Positions 1 to 10,601 of a stretch of 64,000 bases of DNA are shown one piece after another. Location of the stretch: positions 10,048 to 74,047 of the forward strand of contig DAIDJN010000011.1 in assembly GCA_027451365.1 (NCBI GenBank), read 5' to 3'. Within the stretch, counting starts at the first letter, position 1, and each line of letters starts with the position of its first letter. Both the position numbers and the translations under genes were made by a program. A model generated the notes under the pieces. That model was given only the letters and a program-made list of their open reading frames with translations, made no database searches and was not told the origin of the DNA. This stretch comes from Phycisphaerales bacterium (GTDB lineage Bacteria; Planctomycetota; Phycisphaerae; WQYP01).

Positions 1-232
1 CGGACATCATTTGGAAGATGACCAGCGTGCGATACATGTAAAAACTGATAATTTCCCCGAGGAGTCCCGCCGCGGCTGAAAACAGTCCGGTATGAATATA
101 GGTCGCGCCGCGCGTGAACAGATCAAAATTGACGATAATGTCCAGCAGAATATACATACCAACCAGCACGCTTAGCGCCAGCAGATAATTAATCAAAAAG
201 CTCCAGATGATGTAGCGGTCAATGCGTTTCAT
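1..232 (-). CDS. LptF/LptG family LPS export permease, N-terminal part (runs off window start)
   Basis: Manual translation from ATG at 232: MKRIDRYIIWSFLINYLLALSVLVGMYILLDIIVNFDLF..., the typical 'IDRYI' start of YjgP/YjgQ (LptF/G); lies in tandem behind a second family member. Confidence 0.8.
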   Translation of the reverse strand, partial: MKRIDRYIIWSFLINYLLALSVLVGMYILLDIIVNFDLFTRGATYIHTGLFSAAAGLLGEIISFYMYRTLVIFQMMS

Positions 233-293
233 TCGGAGTCGGACCTTTATAAAAGCCGCGGCTGGCCGCAATGCGGCGAGCAATTAAGGCAGC

Positions 294-1970
294 CTATCGC
301 TTAAGAAGCCGCCGGTAAACCCAGATATTCAGCAAAAGAATAATTCCGTTCCCAGCCCAGATCAGCATCAGGCCGGGCATTGGGGACCCGTCCGTCCGCG
401 TCACCAGTTCGCGGCCGGTGTTAATCAGCAGCACCAGAACCATCGCAGGCACAAAGCCGACCACAAAAACCGCCAGAGGATTTCGGCCCTGAAGCACAAT
501 GCCCAGGGCGGCACCAAGAATCACTAGGACCACACAGGACAAGGCAAATGACGCACGGCTCTGCATTTCTGAAACAACCTGTCGGCGAAGGTGGTCCTCG
601 CGTTGTGCAATAAGCTTGATAAGTGCCGCGGCTCCGGGCGACACATCCCCCTTATCGGAGGCTGATACCTTGCCGTCGCGAGCTGCCGATGGAATGACAA
701 TATTGGCCAGTACCACCGCCGGGGGTGCCGAATGAAAGCGGCGATTCAACTGCGGATTTCGCTGCCGCACATTCCCACTTAGCCGCAACGAGGCAATCAG
801 CGGACTTCGCTGCATGTCATCCGGCAATACCTGTCCGGACAAAGGTGGCGCAGCGGCAAGAGCAAGCTTCACACTTTTGGCCAGATAGACCATACGCACG
901 CCACTGCCCGAACGGACATCGACTTGAACCGACCGACCATGCGCCGCATGAAGCACCAGCCGCTTGTTTTTATTAAGCATCGCCGCGGGTGCCACTACAG
1001 TCACCGAGTCTTTCTGGGCGCCGGCCAGTACAAAGGTCATCGGCGAGTCCGGATGAAATTTCGAAAGATACCAGCGGGCAACGGAAGCAAGTTCCAGAGA
1101 TAGAACAAGCTGACGGTGCAGCCGCGCTATGGGGGCGAACAAGAGCGGTTTGGTCTGAAGCGCGTTAAGCCGGCGAAAATCCAGAAATTTCGGACGATTC
1201 ACAAGCATGGAACGAATGACGTAGGGCTTTCCGTCCGGCGGCAGATAACGGATTGTGCCCTGAACCTGGCGAAAACTGTTGGGGTCGAATGCCACTCCCT
1301 GGTCCAATTGAACCGCAACTTCAAGCCGCCGCCCCACATGATCAATGATAATGTTCGCAGCACGCGCCAGCACGATGGCATTGGGTTTGCCGTTGGTAAG
1401 GGGTGTGGCAGCCAGCCCCTGCAATTGGATAATCTGCCGGACGACACCGGGTGGAGGCTGATCATTTGCGGGAACGGGAATTGGATAGGCACGGTCGGCG
1501 TACACCACCATATTGCCGAATTGAAAAGGTTGTCGCTGGCCGACATTGTGGAGCAGCAGCGAGGCAAGATCTGTTTGCAATGCCTGGGAAGTTTTCTGAA
1601 GGAACGCGGGGACCACGTAACCAACCATGCCCAGGTCAATCAACCCGACCACCACGCCAAGCAGCAGCGCCGGAGTGGCCAGAAAGGCAAAACTCGTGCC
1701 GCTGGCCCGAGCACCGGTCAACTCATTATCTGTAGCCAGCCGCCAGTAAACAATAACCGCCGCGAAAAGGGCCGCCAGCGGAATCGAATAGGCAAGCATG
1801 GCAGGCATCAGGTCGGTCAGGACGTGAAGTAGCTGCAGCAGGCCAAGCCCCTGCTTAGTCAATGGGCGAAATGTACCGCCGAAAGCCAAAATGGTGGTCA
1901 GCACGCCGGTGGTCAGAAAAAAGACCCTCAGCAGTTCACGACCGATATACCAATGGAGGGTTTTGATCAC
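294..1970 (-). CDS. LptF/LptG family permease
   Basis: ORF 294..2012, probable GTG start at 1970 (IKTLHWYIGRELL). Three N-terminal TMs, 'RLATDNELTGARASG' motif, large periplasmic loop, three C-terminal TMs. Confidence 0.85.
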   Translation of the reverse strand: MIKTLHWYIGRELLRVFFLTTGVLTTILAFGGTFRPLTKQGLGLLQLLHVLTDLMPAMLAYSIPLAALFAAVIVYWRLATDNELTGARASGTSFAFLATPALLLGVVVGLIDLGMVGYVVPAFLQKTSQALQTDLASLLLHNVGQRQPFQFGNMVVYADRAYPIPVPANDQPPPGVVRQIIQLQGLAATPLTNGKPNAIVLARAANIIIDHVGRRLEVAVQLDQGVAFDPNSFRQVQGTIRYLPPDGKPYVIRSMLVNRPKFLDFRRLNALQTKPLLFAPIARLHRQLVLSLELASVARWYLSKFHPDSPMTFVLAGAQKDSVTVVAPAAMLNKNKRLVLHAAHGRSVQVDVRSGSGVRMVYLAKSVKLALAAAPPLSGQVLPDDMQRSPLIASLRLSGNVRQRNPQLNRRFHSAPPAVVLANIVIPSAARDGKVSASDKGDVSPGAAALIKLIAQREDHLRRQVVSEMQSRASFALSCVVLVILGAALGIVLQGRNPLAVFVVGFVPAMVLVLLINTGRELVTRTDGSPMPGLMLIWAGNGIILLLNIWVYRRLLKR

Positions 1971-2249
1971 CAGTGGATCCTTCATAGCGGCAGGCCGCGC
2001 CTGCCGAACCATCTTCCGTCGCCATGGTCGCGGGAATTCCGCCCCGCCCGGCCGCCCCCCGCAACTGGAAACGCGACCGAGCGGTTATATTACTACAATC
2101 CTCTGGTAACGTCAGGTTTTGACGCAAGCAACGCCGACGGCGCAAGCGATCTGCCATAATTAACGATAGACCGTATGGTGGGTCGCGACGGGCAAAAGCC
2201 GGTATTGAGGTGCCTGCCAGAGCCGACAAATAGCTGCAAGGAATAAGAA

Positions 2250-2561
2250 ATGGCCGCATATCGATGGGAAAACAATGTGCTTGTCATTCAATTGCACGTC
2301 AAGGCCCGCGCGCGGCGGTTTTCCTTCGGGCCGGTCCGCGGCGAAGCGATTCAGGTTTGCATTGCCGCCGCACCGGAACAGGGAAAGGCGACCGATGCGC
2401 TTCTGTATGCCCTTGCTGACTTTTTTGACGTTCGTCCGCGCGCCATCACGCTGGTTTCCGGTGCCTTTACACCGCGAAAAGTGGTACGGGTGGACAGCCC
2501 GAATCATTTGCCGGATTTTGTGAAACATCCCTTAGAAAACGTCCCCGAAAAACATCCCTGA
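2250..2561 (+). CDS. DUF167 / YggU family protein
   Basis: LHVKARARR...IAAAPEQGKATDALL...ITLVSGAFTPRKVV matches the YggU pattern. Confidence 0.8.
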   Translation: MAAYRWENNVLVIQLHVKARARRFSFGPVRGEAIQVCIAAAPEQGKATDALLYALADFFDVRPRAITLVSGAFTPRKVVRVDSPNHLPDFVKHPLENVPEKHP

Positions 2562-2626
2562 CCCGCCCTGGCGATAAAATCCGCTTAAGCCGGAAGTTCG
2601 CGGACTGCCCGGAAACGGCCTGACAA

Positions 2627-2655
2627 TTGACTTGTGGCAGCGTAACGTCTAAATT
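2627..2655 (+). promoter_or_regulatory. sigma70-type promoter of tRNA-Glu
   Basis: TTGACT-17 bp-TAAATT, ending 13 bp upstream of the tRNA. Confidence 0.6.
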
Positions 2656-2668
2656 CACAAAGGCAGTC

Positions 2669-2741
2669 GCCCCCATCGTCTAGAGGCCTAGGACGGCAGA
2701 TTCTCAGTCTGCATACACCGGTTCGAATCCGGTTGGGGGTA
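2669..2741 (+). tRNA. tRNA-Glu (CTC)
   Basis: GCCCCCA/TGGGGGT acceptor stem; anticodon arm GCAGA-TTCTCAG-TCTGC; GGTTCGAATCC T-loop; CCA not encoded. Confidence 0.95.
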
Positions 2742-3832
2742 TTTGGATTGTCGGGAAAGCTTTCGCATGCTTTGGCAACATATTGAATATAGCCTTCACT
2801 TATAGTGCTGATGTTATTCACTTTCAATTTACTGTTATCACTTGCAACCGATTGGCACGCCTGATTTTACGTCGTTTATGAAAAAAGTATTCTTTAATTA
2901 ATCTGTGTCCCTCATCGCTCGCTTAAAATCGCCACAGGACCAGTTCAACCTTGAATTCCTTAAGCCCAGACGCGCCGCAAGGCCATCGCTTTCTACCGCC
3001 ATTGTCGATACGTCACCTCACGTGGAACAGAAACATCGGCGGCATCGTCATCGTACCCTAACTGTATTTCACCAGTCGGACATATTCCATTGGAATCGCC
3101 ACCCAGGCAGTACGTTCGCTATAGATCAGAAGCGTCCATCGATGCACCTCTGATATTTGCGAGAGCGCGTTGTTCTGGGACAGCCCAACCATGCACAACC
3201 GATTCTGGAGAACGCCACTGAATCTCGGCGTCACGTTGGGTTGGAAGCGGCGGCCAGGCGTATCCTTGGTTATTTCCACCCATCAAACAATCCGCTGCCG
3301 CAAAGATATTCGCCGCCATTTAGCAATCATTTTTTTGTAACCACGATACTATTTTGCGAACGCGTGCATTGATTTTCGCCCACCCACGTGTTGCCCCACC
3401 TCGTGGCTTGTCAGTTCGCCGATCGCCTGATGCGCACTTTACATCGAAGGCTTCAGCAGCTTTGGTAACTCCGCTACGGTCCCGATCGCCACTGGCTGGA
3501 ACGATTGCCTTGTCGGGCGCATATATCGGTGCCGAAAACCACCGCATTATCACGACACACCGTTGCAGAATTGCCACCGGGCGGGTTAAAACCGCCGGCC
3601 GCGGATTCGGCGACAGCGCAATCGGAACGTAATTGCACGGGCGTTTCGGTAATACGATATTGATTACAACGTAAACAGCCGCAGCCAGATTGAGGTTTGT
3701 TTGGCCGCGCGCCCGCCTTGCGCTTCACGGCGCACCCAAAATATGGCCCGCAGGCAAAGGGATGGCCTGGCGACTCCGCGTCTCCCCGGCTTGATGGCGA
3801 CCGGCCGCGTCAGTCGGAAGAAGGCCAGGAGA

Positions 3833-4930
3833 TTAACCGCCGCCATATGGCGATACATATACATTACTGAAATCAGACGGGGTCACCGCCGCGGCATGGC
3901 CATCCACAAATCCAACGTTAATGTGATTTCCATGGCGGTCAAAACCCAGGCCTATGTTGGTATCGCCAGTGGGCAGCGGAAGCGCCGCGGGCGCCATGGG
4001 AATGCGGTCGCGAAGCGCGCCGTCATCGGCCACGGCCCGCAATGTGCACAGATTTACTGTCGCGGGCAGTCCTGCGCCGGTATCAAACGCGGTGGTGTAA
4101 TAGGTTTCGTCACAATAAAACAGACCATTGCTGCCCTGGGCATCCAGGCCACCCGGATTCGGCCGCACGCCGCAGTCTGCAAACATCAGCGTTTTTGTCG
4201 GCATAGGAATTCCGGTCAGACGACACCCCCACGGCGCGGTAAGCCCGGATGCCGCAACCGGCCCGGCGGCAATCTGGAAACCCCAACCCGGATTAAACGC
4301 GCCATAAGAACCGTTGTATTTAGCCGAGGCGATATCGGCATTGATTCCGTACGAAACCGGATAATAGCCTTGAAAATAGCCTGGATAACCGGCGGGCGTC
4401 GGTTCATTTGTACTGCCCGATCCGCTGCCAACCTGCAGGTTGTTAAACAACTGATAACCGGGATATTGATCCGCCAGTGTTGGATCGCTGGGACACAGGA
4501 AAACCTTGGAACCTGCCCCATTATTTCCAAAATTCATAAAGCTCTGGTCGTTCTGGCCGCCCAGAAACGGCACCAGCGCACTGGCCCAGTCATTAAGCAC
4601 CGCCCCGCCGGTGTTCACATATTGTCTGGTGACGGGGTTGTACCACTGATAGCGGTAAGAAAAAGTGGTGTGGTCGGCATCCGGCGTCAGGGTGTATTGC
4701 ATAATACTCGAATCGGTATCCGGCTGAATAAAGCCGTTATGCTGCTGCGAAAATTCCACCTCCGCAAGAACAATCTGCCGCACATTGGACAGACAGACGG
4801 TGGAACTCGCTTCCTTTCGCGCCGCGGCCAGAGCCGGCAGAAGGAGGGCGATCAGCAATGCGATAATGCTGATCACCACCAGAAGTTCGATAAGGGTAAA
4901 TCCTTCTCTGTGTGAAACATGCTTAAACAT
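3833..4930 (-). CDS. DUF1559 (SBP_bac_10) prepilin-type N-terminal cleavage/methylation protein
   Basis: G^[26 protein letters not shown]...C.SN.RQI N-terminus, FLCPSD, SYGIN, and C-terminal RH..IN.GFVDGHA (H-X9-DG) motif. Confidence 0.92.
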   Translation of the reverse strand: MFKHVSHREGFTLIELLVVISIIALLIALLLPALAAARKEASSTVCLSNVRQIVLAEVEFSQQHNGFIQPDTDSSIMQYTLTPDADHTTFSYRYQWYNPVTRQYVNTGGAVLNDWASALVPFLGGQNDQSFMNFGNNGAGSKVFLCPSDPTLADQYPGYQLFNNLQVGSGSGSTNEPTPAGYPGYFQGYYPVSYGINADIASAKYNGSYGAFNPGWGFQIAAGPVAASGLTAPWGCRLTGIPMPTKTLMFADCGVRPNPGGLDAQGSNGLFYCDETYYTTAFDTGAGLPATVNLCTLRAVADDGALRDRIPMAPAALPLPTGDTNIGLGFDRHGNHINVGFVDGHAAAVTPSDFSNVYVSPYGGG

Positions 4931-4957
4931 GGGATAGCCTCCTTACAGGTCTTAAAA

Positions 4958-7900
4958 TCAGACTGTTCGGCGAAATTTCGAGCGGCCCGGCAATACCAAT
5001 GGAACGAGTCCCAGCAGCAGAATGCCGATCGCCGCCGGTTCGGGTACCGCCACGGAAAGTGATGTTGCCGGATATTGCGCCAGCAAAGCGTCATAGGCCT
5101 GCATTGTCTGGCTGCTGGCACCAACAGATGCAAGCTTTGCGCCAAAATCAAGCAGGTCGCTACGGCCAATCAGCCCGTCGTGGTCAAAGTCCGCGGCGGG
5201 ATTAAACAACGAATTGTTGCTGGCCATCAGGCTGGAAAAAGCCTGCACATCCGCCACGTTGTACTGCCCGTCAAAATTCAAATCTCCAAGGCCTGCGCCA
5301 TATATTGTGGAGGTATAAAGCCCGGCGAAACGCTGAATATTATAGGTGCCATCGGGCTTGTACGTGACCACCGTGGCAACATGGTTGCCGCTGGTCAGGC
5401 CTGTTTCATTGATAACCCATAAATTGGTATCGCTTTGCGAAGCCTGGTTGGCATTGCCCACCATCGCAAGCACTTGGGCATTGGTGTCCGCCGCGGGCAG
5501 GTCCCACAGGACATGAATATTGTTCGCAAGGCCATCAACGGATTTCACGACCAGTGACCGATTCTGATTCACGCCTGGCGTAATCGGATTAAAACTTTGA
5601 ATGCTGGAAACCGGTGCGGAGGTGTCCACGTATATGGTTTGAGTCCAGTCGGTGTATACAGGGGGCCCGCCGCCAGGCCTGGCGCGAAACGCGATGGCTT
5701 CCAGATAATGATAACCCTGTGAAAAATCAGCAGTGTTAATGGTTTCAGAATACAAACCCGTCCCTCCACCCACCAGCGGGCTGGAGCTTTCAAACGGAAT
5801 ATAACCATAGGCCGTTGTGTTAGGCACCGTGCTGACAAAAGTCTGGCCGTTAAGTTGCACGCCTCCGTCGATTTTTAGTATGGCATTATCGCCGCCGGCG
5901 TTATAGTCAAACAGGCTGGAATTTCCCAACAGATAGACCTTCTGGGTCTGCAAGTTAACCTGAAACTGGGCCGCCTTGATTACCGCAATGGTGCTGACGG
6001 TATTATTTCCGTTATCAAAAGTGATATTCGGGTCGTTGGCGGCGGGGGCATTGCCCCCCATCTGCCCAGCTACATTGGTCAGAGTAAGCGTGCCAATGGG
6101 TGTGGGTGGCGCGTAAATCAGATATCCCTGACCATTGGAATTGTTGTTGGGAAACGTCACATTTACAGTGCTGTCCGAATTTACGGTCAGCACCTGTGGC
6201 AATCCATTCTTCGCCGCATTACCGGTAACTTCAACCAGATAGGGGACATTGTATGCATTAAAGTTCGTCTGCAGCGTGGCATTCAGGTTGCCGCCGCCGG
6301 TCTGGTTGTTCAAAAGTACCAGCGCTGAATCACTGCGTTCAAAGGCGAAATTATTCTGTGACAGGTAACGCTGCACATAATTTCCGTAGGCAAAACGGTT
6401 GCGCAAATCCACCAGACCGGAAACCTGATTGTCCAGCGTTTCAGTCATGGTGCCGCTAGCGGGGTTGTAAATGTTCTGCGAATTATTAGCCAGTGCGTTG
6501 CCGTAAACACCGCCCAGGGCGTCCCCACGGCCATTTTGTGGAAAGCTCTGTGTGCCGTTATCAAACGCGGTGGTGTTGCCGTTGTAATACACAATGGCCT
6601 GCCCCGGCATCATCAGTGTATAGGCGTAGGCGACGTTGCTAAGATATGGCGCGCCGTTGTCCTGGCTTTGAACAAATTTAACTCCGATAAGTCCATCGTG
6701 GGGCGTGGCATCATAAGAATCCAGAGCGGCGTTGACCACGTTATACCAGTTGTTGGTATAGCCATTGCCGGTCAGGTTGCTCTGCATCGCAAAAAACAGC
6801 GGGAAATCCAGCGCATCCCGGTTGGGCTGCACGGTGCCATTGTTACCATAATCCACCAGCGAGCCGTCCGCGTTCAGGCCGCTTTTCTGAATGACCTGCA
6901 CGGTGGAATCCTGAAAGGCGTTTGATGCGCCGGGAATATTGGAGTCGTAATATTCAGAAAAAGCGGATATCGGTTCCTGAACACCGTTGAGATATGTGCG
7001 CGAGGAGGCCCGGTAAACGGCTTGATCAAAATATGGCAGCGCGACCTGCCATTCCATGTTCTTGACCGCATCTAAACGGAAGCCATCCACACCCAGCGAT
7101 TGCACAAACCACTGCAGGTTGCGCATCATGTAACCGGTCACATTTTCCGTGGTGGGCGAACCGGCAGCCGCATTTGCCGTATTAAATGAATTAATCTGAA
7201 TATTTCCCTGGCCGGTCAGTGGGTTGTAAACAAAAATCGGATTGTTATTCAATTGCGGATAAAACTGCTGATTCATCGGCATCGGGTCATTGGCCAGGCG
7301 GCCGAAGGCCGGCGTTGTGCCAGCGGGAATGTTGGCAGTGTTGCCGGCAGTCGTTGGATTGCGAATGTACTGGTTGTTGGTTGTAAAATCTATGTTAATC
7401 AGGCCAGCCAGCCGCGCCTCTTCGGTATTGGAGGCATATGCGCTGTTGAAGTCACCGTCAACTGCAGTTGGCGTCTGCACCACCATACCGGGATAGGCCC
7501 CCGCCTGCACAAAACCCGCAGTGGCTGAATTGGAAAACCCGTTATGGCCCATGGAATAATCAGTATAAAAATAGCCGCCCATCTGGTGCGTGGCGGCGAT
7601 CAGATTTTCATAGCCTTGAAGTGTTCCATATGCGGTCGGATTATTCGCTGATCCCAAATCAAATCGATTGTATATGTCGTAACCAACCGAACTGTTGCCC
7701 GAATCGGCACGTGTGGGCGGCGGCGTAAGCAGTGAACCATAACCGGCTCCAAACACGTCCGGCATGCGGTTGGTAATATTGACCCACCCGCCACCAAAAT
7801 AGTCCAGCATTGCCGGCGGAGAAAACGCCCCATAATTCGCCGCCGCCGCGGGACCGGGAATACTTGCGCTGCCACAAATGGCCAAGCCGGCTGCCAGAAG

Positions 7901-7966
7901 GATGGACCGCCCGGCATTCCGCCTGCGATGACTTGTATGACAAGATTGTGCTGCAACGCGATTCAT
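4958..7966 (-). CDS. Surface-anchored GH13 alpha-amylase-family protein with dockerin-like repeats and PEP-CTERM tail
   Basis: Signal peptide; SVGYDIYNRFDLG; DGFRLDAVK (nucleophile); FSEYYD; FVQSQDN; GDLNFDG...ADFDHDG EF-hand pair; VPEP + TM + basic tail. Start placed at ATG 7966 after GAAGGG. Confidence 0.85.
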   Translation of the reverse strand: MNRVAAQSCHTSHRRRNAGRSILLAAGLAICGSASIPGPAAAANYGAFSPPAMLDYFGGGWVNITNRMPDVFGAGYGSLLTPPPTRADSGNSSVGYDIYNRFDLGSANNPTAYGTLQGYENLIAATHQMGGYFYTDYSMGHNGFSNSATAGFVQAGAYPGMVVQTPTAVDGDFNSAYASNTEEARLAGLINIDFTTNNQYIRNPTTAGNTANIPAGTTPAFGRLANDPMPMNQQFYPQLNNNPIFVYNPLTGQGNIQINSFNTANAAAGSPTTENVTGYMMRNLQWFVQSLGVDGFRLDAVKNMEWQVALPYFDQAVYRASSRTYLNGVQEPISAFSEYYDSNIPGASNAFQDSTVQVIQKSGLNADGSLVDYGNNGTVQPNRDALDFPLFFAMQSNLTGNGYTNNWYNVVNAALDSYDATPHDGLIGVKFVQSQDNGAPYLSNVAYAYTLMMPGQAIVYYNGNTTAFDNGTQSFPQNGRGDALGGVYGNALANNSQNIYNPASGTMTETLDNQVSGLVDLRNRFAYGNYVQRYLSQNNFAFERSDSALVLLNNQTGGGNLNATLQTNFNAYNVPYLVEVTGNAAKNGLPQVLTVNSDSTVNVTFPNNNSNGQGYLIYAPPTPIGTLTLTNVAGQMGGNAPAANDPNITFDNGNNTVSTIAVIKAAQFQVNLQTQKVYLLGNSSLFDYNAGGDNAILKIDGGVQLNGQTFVSTVPNTTAYGYIPFESSSPLVGGGTGLYSETINTADFSQGYHYLEAIAFRARPGGGPPVYTDWTQTIYVDTSAPVSSIQSFNPITPGVNQNRSLVVKSVDGLANNIHVLWDLPAADTNAQVLAMVGNANQASQSDTNLWVINETGLTSGNHVATVVTYKPDGTYNIQRFAGLYTSTIYGAGLGDLNFDGQYNVADVQAFSSLMASNNSLFNPAADFDHDGLIGRSDLLDFGAKLASVGASSQTMQAYDALLAQYPATSLSVAVPEPAAIGILLLGLVPLVLPGRSKFRRTV

Positions 7967-8097
7967 CAGGAACCCTTCAATTGTTTTGTTCGGCATCGGC
8001 CTGCCGGCCGACTTATTTCCCGCCCTCCGCGGATAAGTTCAGTGTCTGCCTGTTAATGGCCGGAAACATCCGGCCCCATCTTGTCAGCGGCGAGGGG

Positions 8098-9099
8098 TCA
8101 TGCACAGGCCGCGCCGCGGCGCAGACGCCGATCTCCACGGCCAACCAGCAGCCCACAGCTTGTGGCAACAGCCATCAGCAACAAAGCACCTGGTTCGGGC
8201 GTGGGATTCGGTTCGGTTATCTGCATACTGTTGAAATAATCATATTGCGATGCCAGACCCGCGTTATCGTTGTACACCATCAACTGATTAATGGGCAGGC
8301 CGTTAAGTCCGGTCAGGACGCCAGAATCAAATATCGCGCCTTGGGCGGAATTCTTCGGTGTCACAGTAACTTCAAAACTGGTGGCGCTTTTCAAACTGAA
8401 AGTTACCACAATACCGCTGCCATCATTCTGGCTGCTGCTGCCGTCATTGACTGATTTAATTCCGGTACTGACCGAATTGGTGAAGCCCGGCTGGGCGGCC
8501 GTGTAACCACCGTAGCTGAAGGTGTAATAATTTCCACTGCCGGTTGCCGCAACCTGGAATATGGGGGTCGCATAACCACTGGTGGCATTGTAGCTTTGCA
8601 GTTCAAAGCCCTCTTGACCAGGATTGCTCATAGCTCCGGTCACCATGCCAAGGCTAAATGAACTTGTGCCGCCGGCGGAAGCCGTCATGGGTGTAAATCC
8701 GCGATAGGCATAAGGAGCCGACGGATCAGACCCCGACCCGTTGTTTGCGTCAATTCCCCAGGAAACGCCATTGGTATCAATTGTGGAAGCCGCAGTTGTG
8801 CCATAAATGTATTGCGAAGGCCCGGTGAAAAATCCCCAAGTGGCCGCCTGACCCACACCGGACCCGGAAGGCCCCTGATACCATGGCCCGAGACCGGCGA
8901 CGCCGTTGCTCGATCCATTGCTTAAGGTGGGCCATGTTCCGGAAGGATAAGCGGATGTCGAGGCATTGTCGGACAGGCTCACAGCGCCTTGTACAGCGCT
9001 GTGAGCCATTAAAAATCCGACCAGTCCAGAAAGCGCTGCTGAAACCAGCGTGCGACGCCACAGATCCGATCTGGCGGAAACTTTCTGTTCAACCGTCAT
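8098..9099 (-). CDS. PEP-CTERM sorting-domain protein (paralog C)
   Basis: Signal peptide, S/T/G-rich body, TPEPGALLLMAV...RRLRR tail; GGAGAG RBS before ATG 9099. Confidence 0.85.
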   Translation of the reverse strand: MTVEQKVSARSDLWRRTLVSAALSGLVGFLMAHSAVQGAVSLSDNASTSAYPSGTWPTLSNGSSNGVAGLGPWYQGPSGSGVGQAATWGFFTGPSQYIYGTTAASTIDTNGVSWGIDANNGSGSDPSAPYAYRGFTPMTASAGGTSSFSLGMVTGAMSNPGQEGFELQSYNATSGYATPIFQVAATGSGNYYTFSYGGYTAAQPGFTNSVSTGIKSVNDGSSSQNDGSGIVVTFSLKSATSFEVTVTPKNSAQGAIFDSGVLTGLNGLPINQLMVYNDNAGLASQYDYFNSMQITEPNPTPEPGALLLMAVATSCGLLVGRGDRRLRRGAACA

Positions 9100-9172
9100 A
9101 ACTTCTCTCCAGAACGAAAAAGAATCCACCCGAACCGGGGCGATTGACTGCCAACGCATTTATTCGCGAACA

Positions 9173-10177
9173 TCAGGCCATCTTTCGGCGCCGAGCCAGC
9201 AGAAGAACCGCGCCGCTGATTCCGATAAGGGCCAACGATGCAGGTTCCGGCGTGGCGGTGGTTATTGCCAGCGAGTTAAACAGGCCATCCTGGTATGTGT
9301 TCTGATCAAAAAGATCTGCCCCGTTTATCGCGCCGGCGGCAAGCGTTCCATTGTAAGTGGCAAGCGTGGTTGGAGTGGCCCCTAAGCTGGTTAACGTAAG
9401 GGAGTAATTATTTCCCGCGCCAAGGGTGAAATTGGCCATCACGCCCGAATTCAGCTGCGCATCAGTTAATCCGCTGATCGAGGATGTGGTTACACCGTTG
9501 GCAGTAACGTTCGTTTCCAGAATATATGAACCTGCGGAAGCCGAACCGGTCTGACCGTTATAGCCGACCAGATTACCGCTGGTGTTGTTCGTCGGGCTTC
9601 CCAATTCGTTGAAAGTCAGACTGAACAGCGAATTGGCGTCATTGTAATTGGTAGCCGATGTCTGGCCGCCATTGCCGGTGGTTACAGCCACGGTTCCCGC
9701 CGTAAGGGATGGAGCCGCCGATCCAAGCCCAAATCCGTACGCCGGCATACCGTTTGGCGGATATGAACCCACGCCCGAACTGGTAAGCGCCACACTGAAA
9801 GTCTGACCAACTGAAAGCGAGCCAGTAAAAGCACGATACAGATCCACTCGCGGCGTGGCCGTCGGTGATCCGCTGTTGGCATAGGTACCCCATGCGTCGG
9901 AACTGGTGGCGATAGAAACATTGTTGGTATTGAAATACGTTCCAGTGTAGGGCGGACCGCTGTTATTCTGAGTGGAAATGGTCCATGCGCCAAATCCCGA
10001 TCCCGCGTTGGGAGGTGTCCCGCCATTGGGCCAGGTGGTGCCGGTGTAATTACTCGCATTGTCGGCGGCATTCATTGCAGCGCTGGCCGGTGCAGCCAGG
10101 CAAAATGACACCCCGGCGGCAACCGCCATCGCGGACAAAGCCAGGATTCTGGGAGAATTGGAAAGGGAGCGTTTCAT
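9173..10177 (-). CDS. PEP-CTERM sorting-domain protein (paralog B)
   Basis: Signal peptide (APASA), TPEPASLALIGISGAVLLLARRRK tail; AAGGAG RBS before ATG 10177. Confidence 0.88.
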   Translation of the reverse strand: MKRSLSNSPRILALSAMAVAAGVSFCLAAPASAAMNAADNASNYTGTTWPNGGTPPNAGSGFGAWTISTQNNSGPPYTGTYFNTNNVSIATSSDAWGTYANSGSPTATPRVDLYRAFTGSLSVGQTFSVALTSSGVGSYPPNGMPAYGFGLGSAAPSLTAGTVAVTTGNGGQTSATNYNDANSLFSLTFNELGSPTNNTSGNLVGYNGQTGSASAGSYILETNVTANGVTTSSISGLTDAQLNSGVMANFTLGAGNNYSLTLTSLGATPTTLATYNGTLAAGAINGADLFDQNTYQDGLFNSLAITTATPEPASLALIGISGAVLLLARRRKMA

Positions 10178-10244
10178 GGTTTTCTCCTTCCGAGAAAAAA
10201 GGACAAAAAAAAATGACACGACGTTGACAAACGCCGTAAGTATT

Positions 10245-10273
10245 AGTTTAACCGGTTAAACACACTTTGTCAA
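10245..10273 (-). promoter_or_regulatory. sigma70 promoter overlapped by perfect 16-bp palindromic LacI-type operator O1
   Basis: Minus strand TTGACA-17 bp-TAAACT; GTTTAACCGGTTAAAC at 10246..10261 covers the spacer and -10. Confidence 0.8.
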
Positions 10274-10601
10274 GTACCGCCTGATTTTTTCGTTTTCACA
10301 TTGATCTGCAGTGGTCGCGCCATTTACTGAATTGCGACCCCTATTATTCCGGAGCAAGAATATTCCAAGCCCGCGAATATCTTTCATGCCGACACCGGAG
10401 AAAAACGCTTCCGAATTCCAAACCGCCAACGATATGGAGTCTTGCGGCTTGAAACGCGTTCACCACAGCAAGCCGGCACTGCGGTCCGATTCAGGTCGGA
10501 TTGCATATCCAAAAACCAAACTTGCCGCCATTTTGACACGATGTGAACCGCAATTCATGCAAATTCAGACAAGCCCTGCCGGTGATGAGTCGCGACCTGT
10601 A

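Noticed and set aside
3701..4915. 404-aa plus-strand ORF and other long antisense ORFs (e.g. 45501..46103, 45583..46578, 51981..52895, 54832..55713)
   Set aside because: Shadow frames opposite well-supported genes in GC-rich DNA; no motifs
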